NCBI GenBank assembly: GCA_040776805.1
Contig: JAXGZS010000004.1
Span: forward strand, 151,215-215,214
DNA length: 64,000 nt
Reading direction: 5' to 3'
Origin: Clostridiales bacterium
GTDB lineage: Bacteria; Bacillota; Dehalobacteriia; UBA7702
In this document: piece by piece, positions 40,164-49,388 of the stretch
Numbering within the stretch: the first letter of the stretch is position 1
Layout of the letters: every line of letters starts with the position of its first letter
Notes under the pieces: model-generated
The model's input: only the letters and a program-made list of their open reading frames with translations
What the model was told of the DNA's origin: nothing
Databases searched by the model: none
Program-made: the position numbers and the translations under genes

Positions 40164-41897
40164 TCAGTCATCGGCCGCACCTCCTTTGGGAAAATGCAGG
40201 GAGATGCTCGTGGCCACATCCAAATCCTTGGTGGTAACCGTGCCGCCGGCCGCAGAAATGGTCGCAAAGAGGGCTGGTTCCGGGTGGAATACCAAACCCT
40301 TCAAAAACAACATCAGTTTCAATATCAGCTTACCATCTTCTTCCAGGATCTGCGCCAATAAGGTCTGGCAGTCGTTCTTCAGCGCCCAGGCAAGGACTGC
40401 ATAATAAAAGTCATAGATCAAAGTACTGTAGCGAACATCGAAAAGGCCCTGCAAATTGCAACTATTCATCGCTTTAATGCCTGCATACTGCCCAAACTCA
40501 GCCAATTCGTCAAGATAAATCACCAATTCATCCGCTTCCATGGTCTTGGATTCCTCTTCCCAAAAAAACAGATTACAACGGCGTTTGATATAACAGGCCA
40601 ATAAGGCTAATTTCGCAGAGGCTTGGGGAGCGGTCTCGTCTTTGGGAAACGTACGGATCATGGCGGACATTTCTTTGAGCTTTTCATTGATTTCTTCTTC
40701 CAGCTTATAGAAAAGCGTCGTTCTCGCCTCGAGAGCGGCGAGTCGGCCTTCACATTCACCTTTCTTTTTCAACATCGCGTTGACCGCTTTCAATCTTGCG
40801 ATGGAGTCTTGCGATTCCTTTTGGAGACGGTTAATCGCGCCAATATCCGCATGCCAAACTACGTAACCGCATCTGATCGGCGCGGCGGAAACCATGAGGT
40901 TTTCATCAAGGGGAAAGGACGTGGCGATGTTGTTGATGATCTTTTGCCGCATTTCATCCGGCAGCCGCTTCACACCGCTGGCCGCAAGCACCAGCTGCCC
41001 CGTTCGGTCAATGATACTCATTTGCAGCGGAGATCTGGCAAACAACTTTTCATACTTTGTATTATTCGGAATAAGGCCGGACTGCAGGCAAGATTCATAG
41101 AAGAACATCACCAACACGCTTGCTACAAAGACGAAATCAAATACGTGGAAAAAAGACAAATGCGCACTATAACCGATGGTATAGGCGATAATCAAGATCA
41201 GCATCAACAATGGACGCACAATAAACAATTTGCCTGCGCTTTTTTTGTATCTGACAAGTAAAGAAATCATGGCAACGACGATCATAAGCAGCGTAAAGAT
41301 GCAGATAAAAGCATAACCGGGTCCGTAACGATAATGACTCGACCAGCCGTCAAGGGAATCAAACTGAAATACCAGCATATGATAATCGTTCGTCAAAACA
41401 AGGGCAAGAAGAAAAAGATTCATCAGAACAAAAATCCACCAAATACCGGGAGGATGCTCTTTTTCAGGGGTATCAATGCAAAGTACTAACCACAAAAACA
41501 ACAGCGGTAACATAAAGATAAAAAAGAAATCAAAATACCAGGAATAACGAAGCATCGTAGTGCTTTCAAAAAGGTAGGAGTTACATTGGTGCAGAATAAT
41601 CCAACCGAGTAAGATAAACTCATTCAACAGGATGATTTTCTCCGGACTCTTCATGTTGCTGCGGTGCAGCATGGAACCGGACCAGAGAATGAGGATGATC
41701 ATGAAAAGCAAAGCCAGAAAAAGGTCGGTCATATGCCTTTGCTGTAAAGCAATTTGATCGATGATAGCCGAAGCTGCGACAGAAACAGCGGGCTTACCCA
41801 CAGATGCCGTATTTTCATCAAGAGTGAAATAAGCAAATAAAAAGAGTGCGCAAACGACAATAAAAACCAAAGCAGAGAACACTTTCGGGTTTTTCAT
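40164..41897 (-). CDS. large polytopic membrane protein with a degenerate histidine-kinase-like C-terminal domain that lacks the phospho-acceptor His (pseudokinase paralogue of the adjacent HK)
   Basis: ATG at 41897 after AAAGGAG. About 10 transmembrane helices, then a region alignable to the neighbouring kinase. Where the kinase has IHDLMGQ, this protein has INEKLKEM. The C-terminus keeps a G-box-like AAGGTVTTKDLDVATSISLHFP. Confidence 0.5.
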   Translation of the reverse strand: MKNPKVFSALVFIVVCALFLFAYFTLDENTASVGKPAVSVAASAIIDQIALQQRHMTDLFLALLFMIILILWSGSMLHRSNMKSPEKIILLNEFILLGWIILHQCNSYLFESTTMLRYSWYFDFFFIFMLPLLFLWLVLCIDTPEKEHPPGIWWIFVLMNLFLLALVLTNDYHMLVFQFDSLDGWSSHYRYGPGYAFICIFTLLMIVVAMISLLVRYKKSAGKLFIVRPLLMLILIIAYTIGYSAHLSFFHVFDFVFVASVLVMFFYESCLQSGLIPNNTKYEKLFARSPLQMSIIDRTGQLVLAASGVKRLPDEMRQKIINNIATSFPLDENLMVSAAPIRCGYVVWHADIGAINRLQKESQDSIARLKAVNAMLKKKGECEGRLAALEARTTLFYKLEEEINEKLKEMSAMIRTFPKDETAPQASAKLALLACYIKRRCNLFFWEEESKTMEADELVIYLDELAEFGQYAGIKAMNSCNLQGLFDVRYSTLIYDFYYAVLAWALKNDCQTLLAQILEEDGKLILKLMLFLKGLVFHPEPALFATISAAGGTVTTKDLDVATSISLHFPKGGAADD

Positions 41898-42194
41898 GAT
41901 TTTCACACTCCTTTCAGGCATAATGCCCCAGGATGATTTTAATCGGTTTACAGAAAATCAAACAGAAATGGCAAAAACTTTGCCCCGGATTTACCAAGGC
42001 TTTCTTTCAGATGTGCTTTCTTTTCCCCTATTCTACCACGATCCTGCTTTTCCTGTCCAGCTTCGTATGGCTGCCCCGCCTATTTCATTGCCGTTGCTCC
42101 TTTTTTGCGATGATTGCCCTCAAAAACAAGCGCCAATCGATTCCATCATCGCCAGCCCCTGTGACATACTCTCTTCTTACTCATGATCAAAGAG

Positions 42195-42240
42195 AAAAAA
42201 CGCGAAGCAGCGGGATCATCCGGCTGCTTCGCGTTTTTTC
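42195..42240. terminator. bidirectional rho-independent terminator (A-run, 10-bp perfect stem, T-run)
   Basis: aaaaaa cgcgaagcagc ... gctgcttcgcg tttttt. Confidence 0.8.
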
Positions 42241-42396
42241 GATATGGTGCTGATTGGCTTCCTATTTGAATCAAGCCCAAAGCCAACGGAAAACTTTTGC
42301 TTTTTATGACGGCAGTCCCCGTTAAGAAGTATCCCAATGAAAAGTATATGAAATGAGCAAAGCTCGTTACGTCTTATCTATGCAGAAAAAACCAAA

Positions 42397-43131
42397 TTAA
42401 TCGAACTCCACCTTTGCTTGGTCGTCAAAGGGATTCGTTCTTATCGCAAAGGAGAACAGATAAGAATATTCCTTTTTCAGGTGCCGCATATAAATAAGCC
42501 ATTCCAATAACAACCACTCATATACTCTCGCCGTGTCACCTTTGATATGGAGGATATCGTTTTCAGAGAGTTGATACAGATCGTCGCGGTTGGTAAGCTC
42601 TTCTTGCAGGTGAAAAAGGGACATCATAAGTTCAGAAAAAAACTCGTGTTCTAAAAGAGTAGGATTCTCAATGATTTTCAGCAAAAACTCTCTATGTTTC
42701 CCTAAAAATTCTCTGAGAAAAACGAGGTCGATATTTTTAAGATCAGGATTGTATCCGTTCACTATATTGATCGCGTTTTCAAAATCTCTATGTACCCAGT
42801 GATTGTTAAGGATCAGTTTTTCCTTGATCCCATTAATATTTATATCACTTTTCGTCATGTTAGCCAGTAGTTGATTTCCTATTTCGCTGAAAAATACGCC
42901 GATCAGCATATTGATTTTTCTTAAAGTATTTTTCTTTTCTCTTTCTTCAATGATTTTATGAAAAATGAGACTTACAAATACGATTTCAACAGGCAAAAAG
43001 GCAATGTCGCCAAGGAAAAAGATCAGGACATGGTGTAGATCTTTAAAAATCAAATAATGCAAAGAGTACAAAACAGCAGATAATAAAAGGAGTATGATCG
43101 CCATGACTGTTATCTCGCGTTTTATTTTCAT
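42397..43131 (-). CDS. hypothetical membrane-anchored protein, AT-rich (about 35% GC against about 50% in the flanks)
   Basis: 244 aa with two N-terminal transmembrane helices and a soluble alpha-helical domain. No recognisable motif. It is compositionally atypical and lies next to the tRNA cluster. Confidence 0.5.
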   Translation of the reverse strand: MKIKREITVMAIILLLLSAVLYSLHYLIFKDLHHVLIFFLGDIAFLPVEIVFVSLIFHKIIEEREKKNTLRKINMLIGVFFSEIGNQLLANMTKSDININGIKEKLILNNHWVHRDFENAINIVNGYNPDLKNIDLVFLREFLGKHREFLLKIIENPTLLEHEFFSELMMSLFHLQEELTNRDDLYQLSENDILHIKGDTARVYEWLLLEWLIYMRHLKKEYSYLFSFAIRTNPFDDQAKVEFD

Positions 43132-43335
43132 CTCATTTTCCCCCTTAACAAAAGAAATGTATCACACATAGATAACATCTGTCAACCGATGTCAACAAGG
43201 CTGAAATGATCTGCGACCGACAATCGCGGATACCCGACCCCATCGGCGTTTGATGAGCGGTGTTGCCCCTGCACGAGACAAACAAAAGGCACCCCACAAA
43301 AGTGAGGTGCCTCATTGGATCCAGCGTCACGCTGG

Positions 43336-43411
43336 TGGTTGCGGAGACAGGACTTGAACCTGCGACCTCCGGGTTATGAGCCCGACGAGCTGCCAGCTGC
43401 TCTACTCCGCG
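43336..43411 (-). tRNA. tRNA-Met (CAU), initiator type
   Basis: Minus-strand cloverleaf CGCGGAG...CTCATAA...CTCCGCAACCA. It has a C1xA72 mismatch and three consecutive G-C pairs at the base of the anticodon stem, both hallmarks of the bacterial initiator tRNA. CCA is encoded. Confidence 0.8.
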
Positions 43412-43449
43412 TTATATAAAGGACAGAACAGGTCTACCCTATTGAACAA

Positions 43450-43534
43450 TGGTGGGGAGAGATGGATTCGAACCATCGAAGTCGTCGACAACAGATTTAC
43501 AGTCTGCCCCCTTTGGCCGCTCGGGAACCTCCCC
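43450..43534 (-). tRNA. tRNA-Tyr (GUA)
   Basis: 85 nt with a long variable arm. Anticodon loop CTGTAAA. Acceptor GGGGAGG/TCTCCCC. CCA is encoded. Confidence 0.8.
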
Positions 43535-43567
43535 TTATGATATCGCTAACATCGTATGTTATCAACA

Positions 43568-43643
43568 TGGTGCCGACAGAGAGACTTGAACCCCCAACCT
43601 ACTGATTACAAATCAGTTGCGCTGCCAATTGCGCCATGTCGGC
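43568..43643 (-). tRNA. tRNA-Thr (UGU)
   Basis: Acceptor GCCGACA/TGTCGGC, U8, D-stem GCGC/GCGC, anticodon stem ACTGA/TCAGT and loop TTTGTAA (anticodon TGT). T-loop TTCAAGT. CCA is encoded. Confidence 0.7.
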
Positions 43644-43871
43644 ATGAAACGCAAGTATTATTATACCTTCGTTCAGGGGATTTGTCAAGAACTTTATCCG
43701 CGCTTCCGCAAAAAATATTTTTTGTCGAGATCACACGAAAAGATTCTTCATAAAAACGGTTAATCGTTGCCTTACAATGGGAAAAAGCCTCCGCCTAGGG
43801 CCAAATGTCCGTTCATCCGTCTCTTGCCTTGGTTGATTCCCGGTTGCCTTTCCCGCATATTGCTCCTTACG

Positions 43872-44357
43872 TTACAAACTTTTTGGCTGGTGAGCATAGG
43901 ATTTTATTTCCATCGCTCCCGTACTGCTGTAAAACCACACGGTTCTGCCGTAATTGGAACCGGTATCCTCCGCAATAATCGGTACCTTCAAGGATTTGAG
44001 CACATTCTTGGTGGATTCCACATTGCGATTGCCAATATTACCGATTTCGTTATCTCCTGACACCTGGAACATACTGGCCCCCCCGGCGATTTTCGCAACC
44101 AGCCGGATCTTATTGCAACCCAGCTTGATCATTTCGTGATACATCATCGGGATACAGATGTCCGCGTACTTATATTTGTTATCGGCGGCGTTTTTTTGAT
44201 TGTCGCAGGGCAGCATAATGTGGGCAAGTCCCGCTATTTTCAAGAAAGAGTCATACATGCAAATACCGACACATGAGCCAAGGGCGTAGGTTACCAAAAC
44301 ATCGGGAGCGCTTGCGACTTTCATGTCCGATATACCAACGGTGATAACATTGTTCAT
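43872..44357 (-). CDS. cheD: chemoreceptor glutamine deamidase CheD
   Basis: VTYALGSCVGICMYD catalytic Cys region. Length 161 aa. Confidence 0.85.
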   Translation of the reverse strand: MNNVITVGISDMKVASAPDVLVTYALGSCVGICMYDSFLKIAGLAHIMLPCDNQKNAADNKYKYADICIPMMYHEMIKLGCNKIRLVAKIAGGASMFQVSGDNEIGNIGNRNVESTKNVLKSLKVPIIAEDTGSNYGRTVWFYSSTGAMEIKSYAHQPKSL

Positions 44358-44968
44358 AATGTGATGCCCAACCTCTGCATAATGATTTCTAATGATGTGA
44401 TATTCGGCACCAACAGCATATTCGCGGTAATGGTTTGCTCCTCACTTAAAAAATTATCCTGAATAAAGATGATATGGTCGGAAACGCTGGCCATTTCGAT
44501 GGCCGGCACACTCATCAGCGCCCCCACCATGTCCACACAAAGAGCCGGAACCGAGGTTTTGATGTTCAGTTTTGAAAGGGCGGCGATGGAATTGATATAA
44601 GAGGAAATCAATATATTGCCGATCTCCGAGAATGCCGACTGCTCCATTTCCGACAGGTGATCGCATTCCGCTTCACAGGGGCAGCCAATCCCTTTGAGGA
44701 TCACCGGGGCATAGGAGCATTGAATTAAAAACATCATAAGCCCCTTAATGTCCCCTTCTAATTTGCTTAGGACACAGATACTAATATTCTCAGGCCCGCC
44801 AAGGGACGCAACAGCCTGATTCACATCGACAATATTCACCTTGGGGACATCCATGGCAACGGTATCGCCAAGGATACTTGCCAGCGCTGTCGCCGCGTTG
44901 CCCGAACCGATATTGCCGATTTCTTTCAATACATCAATATGGATTTCATTCAGCTGGTTTAAGTTCAT
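44354..44968 (-). CDS. cheC: CheY-P phosphatase CheC
   Basis: ATG at 44968 (GGGAG Shine-Dalgarno). Two ExxN-type CheC repeats (EIGNIGSGNAATALA and EIGNILISSYINSIA). Confidence 0.8.
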   Translation of the reverse strand: MNLNQLNEIHIDVLKEIGNIGSGNAATALASILGDTVAMDVPKVNIVDVNQAVASLGGPENISICVLSKLEGDIKGLMMFLIQCSYAPVILKGIGCPCEAECDHLSEMEQSAFSEIGNILISSYINSIAALSKLNIKTSVPALCVDMVGALMSVPAIEMASVSDHIIFIQDNFLSEEQTITANMLLVPNITSLEIIMQRLGITL

Positions 44969-45009
44969 GCTGGTCTCCCTCATTGTTATGCTGACGCCTT
45001 GGCTGAAAA

Positions 45010-45723
45010 TCACCTCAGGTTGTTGACGGTCTGCATGATTTCATCGGAAATTTGGATCATTCTCGTATTGAGCTGAAAAGCCTTTTGCAATTGAATCACC
45101 TCCACCATTTCATCGGCAATATCCACCGCGGAAGATTCAAGATATCCCGTTTGAATCCGGGGATTCTCAACCGCCGTGGGATTCCCCGAGGTTGCCGTGG
45201 CGCTGAATAAACAGTTTCCGTTGACTACCAGACCGTCGACATTGGCAAAGGTAAATACGCCGATTTTTGCGGCAATTTCCCCTTGATCGTATTGATTGGG
45301 GTCAACTTCAATGGGATTCCCCGCCGCGTCCACAACGTTCCCCCCTCCGGCATAAGCCAGATAGAATTTCCCATCGGTCTGCTGGGATAGGCTAAAATTC
45401 CCGTTTTTGGTATATTGGATCCCATCCTTCGTCATCACCCCGAAGAAGGATCTGGCATCGAAAACCGCAAAATCGAGGTCGCGGCCTGTGGCACAGGGCG
45501 TGCCTTGCGTATGCAAAACATCGGTTTTGCTGACTTTTGCGCCGTGACCGGCCTTTAGCTCTTGATTATCTGTGCGCAAGTTGCTATACAGCAGATCCTC
45601 AAAAGTCACTCTCTGGGCTTTATATCCGTTGGTGGAAACATTTGCGATATTGTTGGCCGCAACGTCCAATCCACGCTGGCTCTGAATGGCTCCGGTTGCC
45701 CCGGTATAAAACGAAGTAATCAC
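45010..45723 (-). CDS. flgG: flagellar basal-body rod protein (FlgG/FlgF family)
   Basis: The conserved N-terminus of rod proteins, GLDVAANNIANVSTNGYK, and C-terminus LNTRMIQISDEIMQTVNNL. Confidence 0.75.
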   Translation of the reverse strand: MITSFYTGATGAIQSQRGLDVAANNIANVSTNGYKAQRVTFEDLLYSNLRTDNQELKAGHGAKVSKTDVLHTQGTPCATGRDLDFAVFDARSFFGVMTKDGIQYTKNGNFSLSQQTDGKFYLAYAGGGNVVDAAGNPIEVDPNQYDQGEIAAKIGVFTFANVDGLVVNGNCLFSATATSGNPTAVENPRIQTGYLESSAVDIADEMVEVIQLQKAFQLNTRMIQISDEIMQTVNNLR

Positions 45724-45735
45724 AGCATTCCCTCC

Positions 45736-46467
45736 TTATACTTGACCAATTTGGGTCGTGGCTTTTTCCAAAACCGAATCATACATTTTTAACGCTTGGG
45801 AGCAGGACTGCAATTCCCGCTGAGTCGCAAGGGCGTTGGTCATTTCCTCGGCGACGTCCACGTTAGAACCTTCCAGGGTCTGCCATTGAATCTTGGCGTC
45901 GATCAATTGTCCGCCGCCGTTGGCCGTATAATAACCGCTGGTGGCTTCGGTCAAGGTATTGTAATCCGCGAAGTTATAGATCGCCAAACCGTCGATCAAC
46001 CGGTTGCCGACATAAATATTTCCTTGTTCATCCGCGGTGAAATCATCGGTTCCCACCCTAATGGGGCCCTTTGTCCCCATGACGCGCCCTACGCCCTCCT
46101 GCACCAGGTAACCGTCGGCGTCGATATTAAAATCACCTTTTCTCGTATAAACCAAGCCGTTTTGCCCCTGGATGGCAAAAAATCCTTCTCCTTGAATCGC
46201 AAAATCCAAGTTACGGCCGGTACTTTCCATAGACCCCTGGGTATGAATGGTCACCGTGTCTCCTACGGTTCTCCCCAGAGCCATGGTACCGATGGACGTG
46301 GTTTGCCCATCCACACGCTGAATCAGCATTTCACCAAAGGTCTCGCTAACAACCGTCTGTTTTTTATACCCCTGAGTCTTGGCATTGGTGATGTTGTTCC
46401 CGATGCTGTTTAAGGTCTTGTTTTGGGTCATCATCCCCGAAGCCAACTGATAAAAACCTCTCACCAT
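45736..46467 (-). CDS. flagellar basal-body rod protein (FlgF/FlgG family)
   Basis: LNSIGNNITNAKTQGYK N-terminus and ELQSCSQALKMYDSVLEKA C-terminus. Confidence 0.75.
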   Translation of the reverse strand: MVRGFYQLASGMMTQNKTLNSIGNNITNAKTQGYKKQTVVSETFGEMLIQRVDGQTTSIGTMALGRTVGDTVTIHTQGSMESTGRNLDFAIQGEGFFAIQGQNGLVYTRKGDFNIDADGYLVQEGVGRVMGTKGPIRVGTDDFTADEQGNIYVGNRLIDGLAIYNFADYNTLTEATSGYYTANGGGQLIDAKIQWQTLEGSNVDVAEEMTNALATQRELQSCSQALKMYDSVLEKATTQIGQV

Positions 46468-46495
46468 TTGAGATTACCTCCTTCTTGACAAATCT

Positions 46496-47284
46496 TCAAA
46501 GTACGCTTAAACCGGTCTTCGTTTCCGCCAGCTTTTTCAATCTTTTGACCGCCTGAAAGCGAACTTGCGAAACGCGCTGGGTGTCCGTATTCATAATTTC
46601 CGCAATTTCCTTTACCGTCAAATCCTCTTTGTAAAACAAAGCCAATACCAACTGTTGTTCCTGGTTCAGCTTTTTGATTCCTTCGGTCAATACCTCGCTG
46701 AACTCTTGGGTCGAAAGAATCTCCGCCGGATCGTCCTGGGGACCGGAGGAAATTTCCGTATGTTTTTCCTCCATGGTTGATGAATCAAGCACCATTTGAT
46801 TCAAAGAGATGGTACTGACCGGTTTTATTTCCAAGAGGTTCTTCTCATACTCTTCCATGGTCATCTGCAGATGATTTGCCATTTCCTCGCGGGTAGGTTC
46901 CCTGGTAAGCTTGGCTTCCAGCTCTTCCCTGGCAGTGGAAAACCTTTTGGAAATCTCATAGATCTTGCGGACGTATCCGTTTTGCTTGTTGATATAATCC
47001 AGCATGGAACCTTTTATGCGGTAAGAAATAAAGGTTTCAAACTTGACGTTTCTGTCAATATCGAACCGGTCAATGGCATTGATCAGGGCAATGACGCCTT
47101 CTCCCACCAATTCATCAACAGAATCAAAATATCGATAACGACGATACACATTCATCGCGATTTTCTTAACCACAGGCATATAGTGAAGAACCAATTGATT
47201 CCTGATTTCCGGTGATTTTGTCCGCTGATATAGAACCCACCATTCCGCTATTTTTTTTTCCATTTCATCTTGATGATCTGCCAT
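46496..47284 (-). CDS. fliA: RNA polymerase sigma factor for the flagellar regulon (sigma-28, FliA/SigD)
   Basis: Region 2 (LVLHYMPVVKKIA...DELVGEGVIALINAIDRFD...FETFISYRIKG) and a region 4 helix-turn-helix (LTVKEIAEIMNTDTQRVSQV). Confidence 0.85.
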   Translation of the reverse strand: MADHQDEMEKKIAEWWVLYQRTKSPEIRNQLVLHYMPVVKKIAMNVYRRYRYFDSVDELVGEGVIALINAIDRFDIDRNVKFETFISYRIKGSMLDYINKQNGYVRKIYEISKRFSTAREELEAKLTREPTREEMANHLQMTMEEYEKNLLEIKPVSTISLNQMVLDSSTMEEKHTEISSGPQDDPAEILSTQEFSEVLTEGIKKLNQEQQLVLALFYKEDLTVKEIAEIMNTDTQRVSQVRFQAVKRLKKLAETKTGLSVL

Positions 47285-47317
47285 CCAACTTCACCTGCCT
47301 TCTCGGCAACTGTTCTT

Positions 47318-49381
47318 TTACGCATCCAATGCGACTGTTCCGATCGCCTGTATCTGTACGCCCGCATCCAACTCATTATAAGAAAGAACCACCGCGTTTT
47401 GGGAAAACTGTTCCACCATTTTACTGAAATAAATGCGTACCACAGGGGAGGCCAAAACAACCGGAATCGAAACCGCGTCCTTCACTTTTTTGATCTGATC
47501 GATTAAATTCATCATGATTTGCTGCATCAAATCAGGTGAAAGGTTAAAATTCGTTCCCTGTTCCGTGGTTTTAAGGGCGTTGATAATAACTTTTTCTACT
47601 TCCGCGTCTAAAACAATCACGCGTATTTGGCCGCCTTCGGACCATTTTCGGGTAATGGTGCGCTTTAAGGATTGGCGAATATACTCTGTCAGCACCTCAA
47701 TATCTCTCGCGCTTGCCACATGGCTGGCAATGGTCTCCATAATCAATTCCATGTCACGAATAGGCACCCCCTCTTTCAGCAGGTTCCCCAGTACTTTTTG
47801 GAAATTGCTGAAAGAGATCATATTGGGAATGACGTCCTCCACCGTGGACGAGCCGTTCTTTTTTAGGGTTTCGATCAGTTGATTCACGTCTTGCCGGGAA
47901 AGGATTTCATGGGCGTGTTTTCGGATCGTTTCCGAAAGGTGCGTTACGATCACCGATAACGGATCAATGACGGTGTAACCGTAGATTTCCGCCAAATCTC
48001 TTTTATCCGAGGTAATCCATTTGCCGGGAATGCCGTAAGCGGGCTCAATGGTATCGATACCGTCAATTTCGCCGGTTAAATTACCGGGATCCAAGGCCAG
48101 AAAATAATCCACTAAAATCTCGCCGCGGGTCACTTCTTCGCCCCGGAGTTTGATCACATAATGATTGGGATTCAGCCCCGCGTCGTCTCTTAAGCGCACC
48201 GCCGGGATGACCATCCCCATATCCAGGGCAAACTGTTTGCGGAACATCACCAACCGTTCCACAAAGTTACTGCCACAGCCCTGATCCACCAAGGGGATGA
48301 CGCTATAGCCAAAATTCATTTCGATGACGTCGATGGGCAGCAGTTCATATACATTGTCAATATCTCTGAAATAATCCGTTTCATCGGGATATGCGCTTTC
48401 CTCGGCCTCTTCGTCGGCAGCTGCTTTCTCTTGGGAGAGCTCTTCCCCCATTTTCCTTCTCAATGTGGTGCCCAGGGCAATCATGATAATGGACAGAATG
48501 ATCATTTGCGGTTTCGGCATTCCCGGGATGAACATAAGGAATGCCATGGCGGCCCCGGCAATCATCAACACCAGGGGCTGGGCGGAGAATTGCTTGGTGA
48601 CGTCAGCCCCCAAGCTGGAGTCGGAGGCAGCTCTGGTGACGATCATACCGGTGGCGGTGGAGATCAGCAAGGCCGGGATCTGGCAGACCATGCCGTCGCC
48701 CACAGAGGCGATGGTATAAATGCTCAGGACTTCTGAAAAGGTATGGTCACCTTGGACCAAACCAATGAGGATACCGCCTAAGAAGTTAATGACAGTGATG
48801 ACGATGGCCATGATCGCATCGCCTTTTACAAACTTCGTCGCGCCGTCCATGGCGCCGTAAAATTCCGCTTCTTTTTGAATATTATAACGGCGCTGCCTTG
48901 CCATATCTTCGGAAATCAAACCGGAGCTCAAATCGGCGTCAATGGCCATTTGCTTCCCGGGCATGGCGTCTAAGGTAAATCTTGCGGAAACTTCGGCAAC
49001 GCGTTCGGCGCCCTTGGTAATGACAATGAACTGGACAATGACGATGATCAAGAAAACAACGAAACCGACCACAACGTTGCCGCCTAAAACGAAATTACCG
49101 AAGGTGGCAATCACCTGTCCCGCGTTGCCCTCCTGAGATAAAATCAAACGGGTTGAGGATATATTCAAGCCCAAACGGAACAAAGTAGTGATCAACAGCA
49201 TGGACGGAAAAATAGAGAATTGCAAGGCCTCTTTGATATACATCGTGACCAGCAGGATAATGAGGGATAACGATATATTGAAAATGAACATAAAGTCCAA
49301 TATAAAGGCGGGCAGCGGGATGATGATAAAGGCAACAATCAAAATAACAAAGACCGATATCAGGTGATTTTTCACTTTCAT
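47318..49381 (-). CDS. flhA: flagellar biosynthesis protein FlhA
   Basis: 687 aa. An N-terminal polytopic region with FHxxG-like motifs and a large cytoplasmic domain. Sits in the canonical position after flhB. Confidence 0.9.
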   Translation of the reverse strand: MKVKNHLISVFVILIVAFIIIPLPAFILDFMFIFNISLSLIILLVTMYIKEALQFSIFPSMLLITTLFRLGLNISSTRLILSQEGNAGQVIATFGNFVLGGNVVVGFVVFLIIVIVQFIVITKGAERVAEVSARFTLDAMPGKQMAIDADLSSGLISEDMARQRRYNIQKEAEFYGAMDGATKFVKGDAIMAIVITVINFLGGILIGLVQGDHTFSEVLSIYTIASVGDGMVCQIPALLISTATGMIVTRAASDSSLGADVTKQFSAQPLVLMIAGAAMAFLMFIPGMPKPQMIILSIIMIALGTTLRRKMGEELSQEKAAADEEAEESAYPDETDYFRDIDNVYELLPIDVIEMNFGYSVIPLVDQGCGSNFVERLVMFRKQFALDMGMVIPAVRLRDDAGLNPNHYVIKLRGEEVTRGEILVDYFLALDPGNLTGEIDGIDTIEPAYGIPGKWITSDKRDLAEIYGYTVIDPLSVIVTHLSETIRKHAHEILSRQDVNQLIETLKKNGSSTVEDVIPNMISFSNFQKVLGNLLKEGVPIRDMELIMETIASHVASARDIEVLTEYIRQSLKRTITRKWSEGGQIRVIVLDAEVEKVIINALKTTEQGTNFNLSPDLMQQIMMNLIDQIKKVKDAVSIPVVLASPVVRIYFSKMVEQFSQNAVVLSYNELDAGVQIQAIGTVALDA

Positions 49382-49388
49382 TATTGCG

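Noticed and set aside
43568-43644. Initial reading of the third tRNA as tRNA-Gln(UUG), 77 nt
   Set aside because: Re-folding shows the extra 5' T is outside the acceptor stem. With U8 and the GCGC D-stem placed correctly, the anticodon is UGU (Thr).
48431-48736. Gly/His-rich 101-aa plus-strand ORF
   Set aside because: It lies wholly inside flhA on the opposite strand, so it is a GC-rich mirror-frame artefact.
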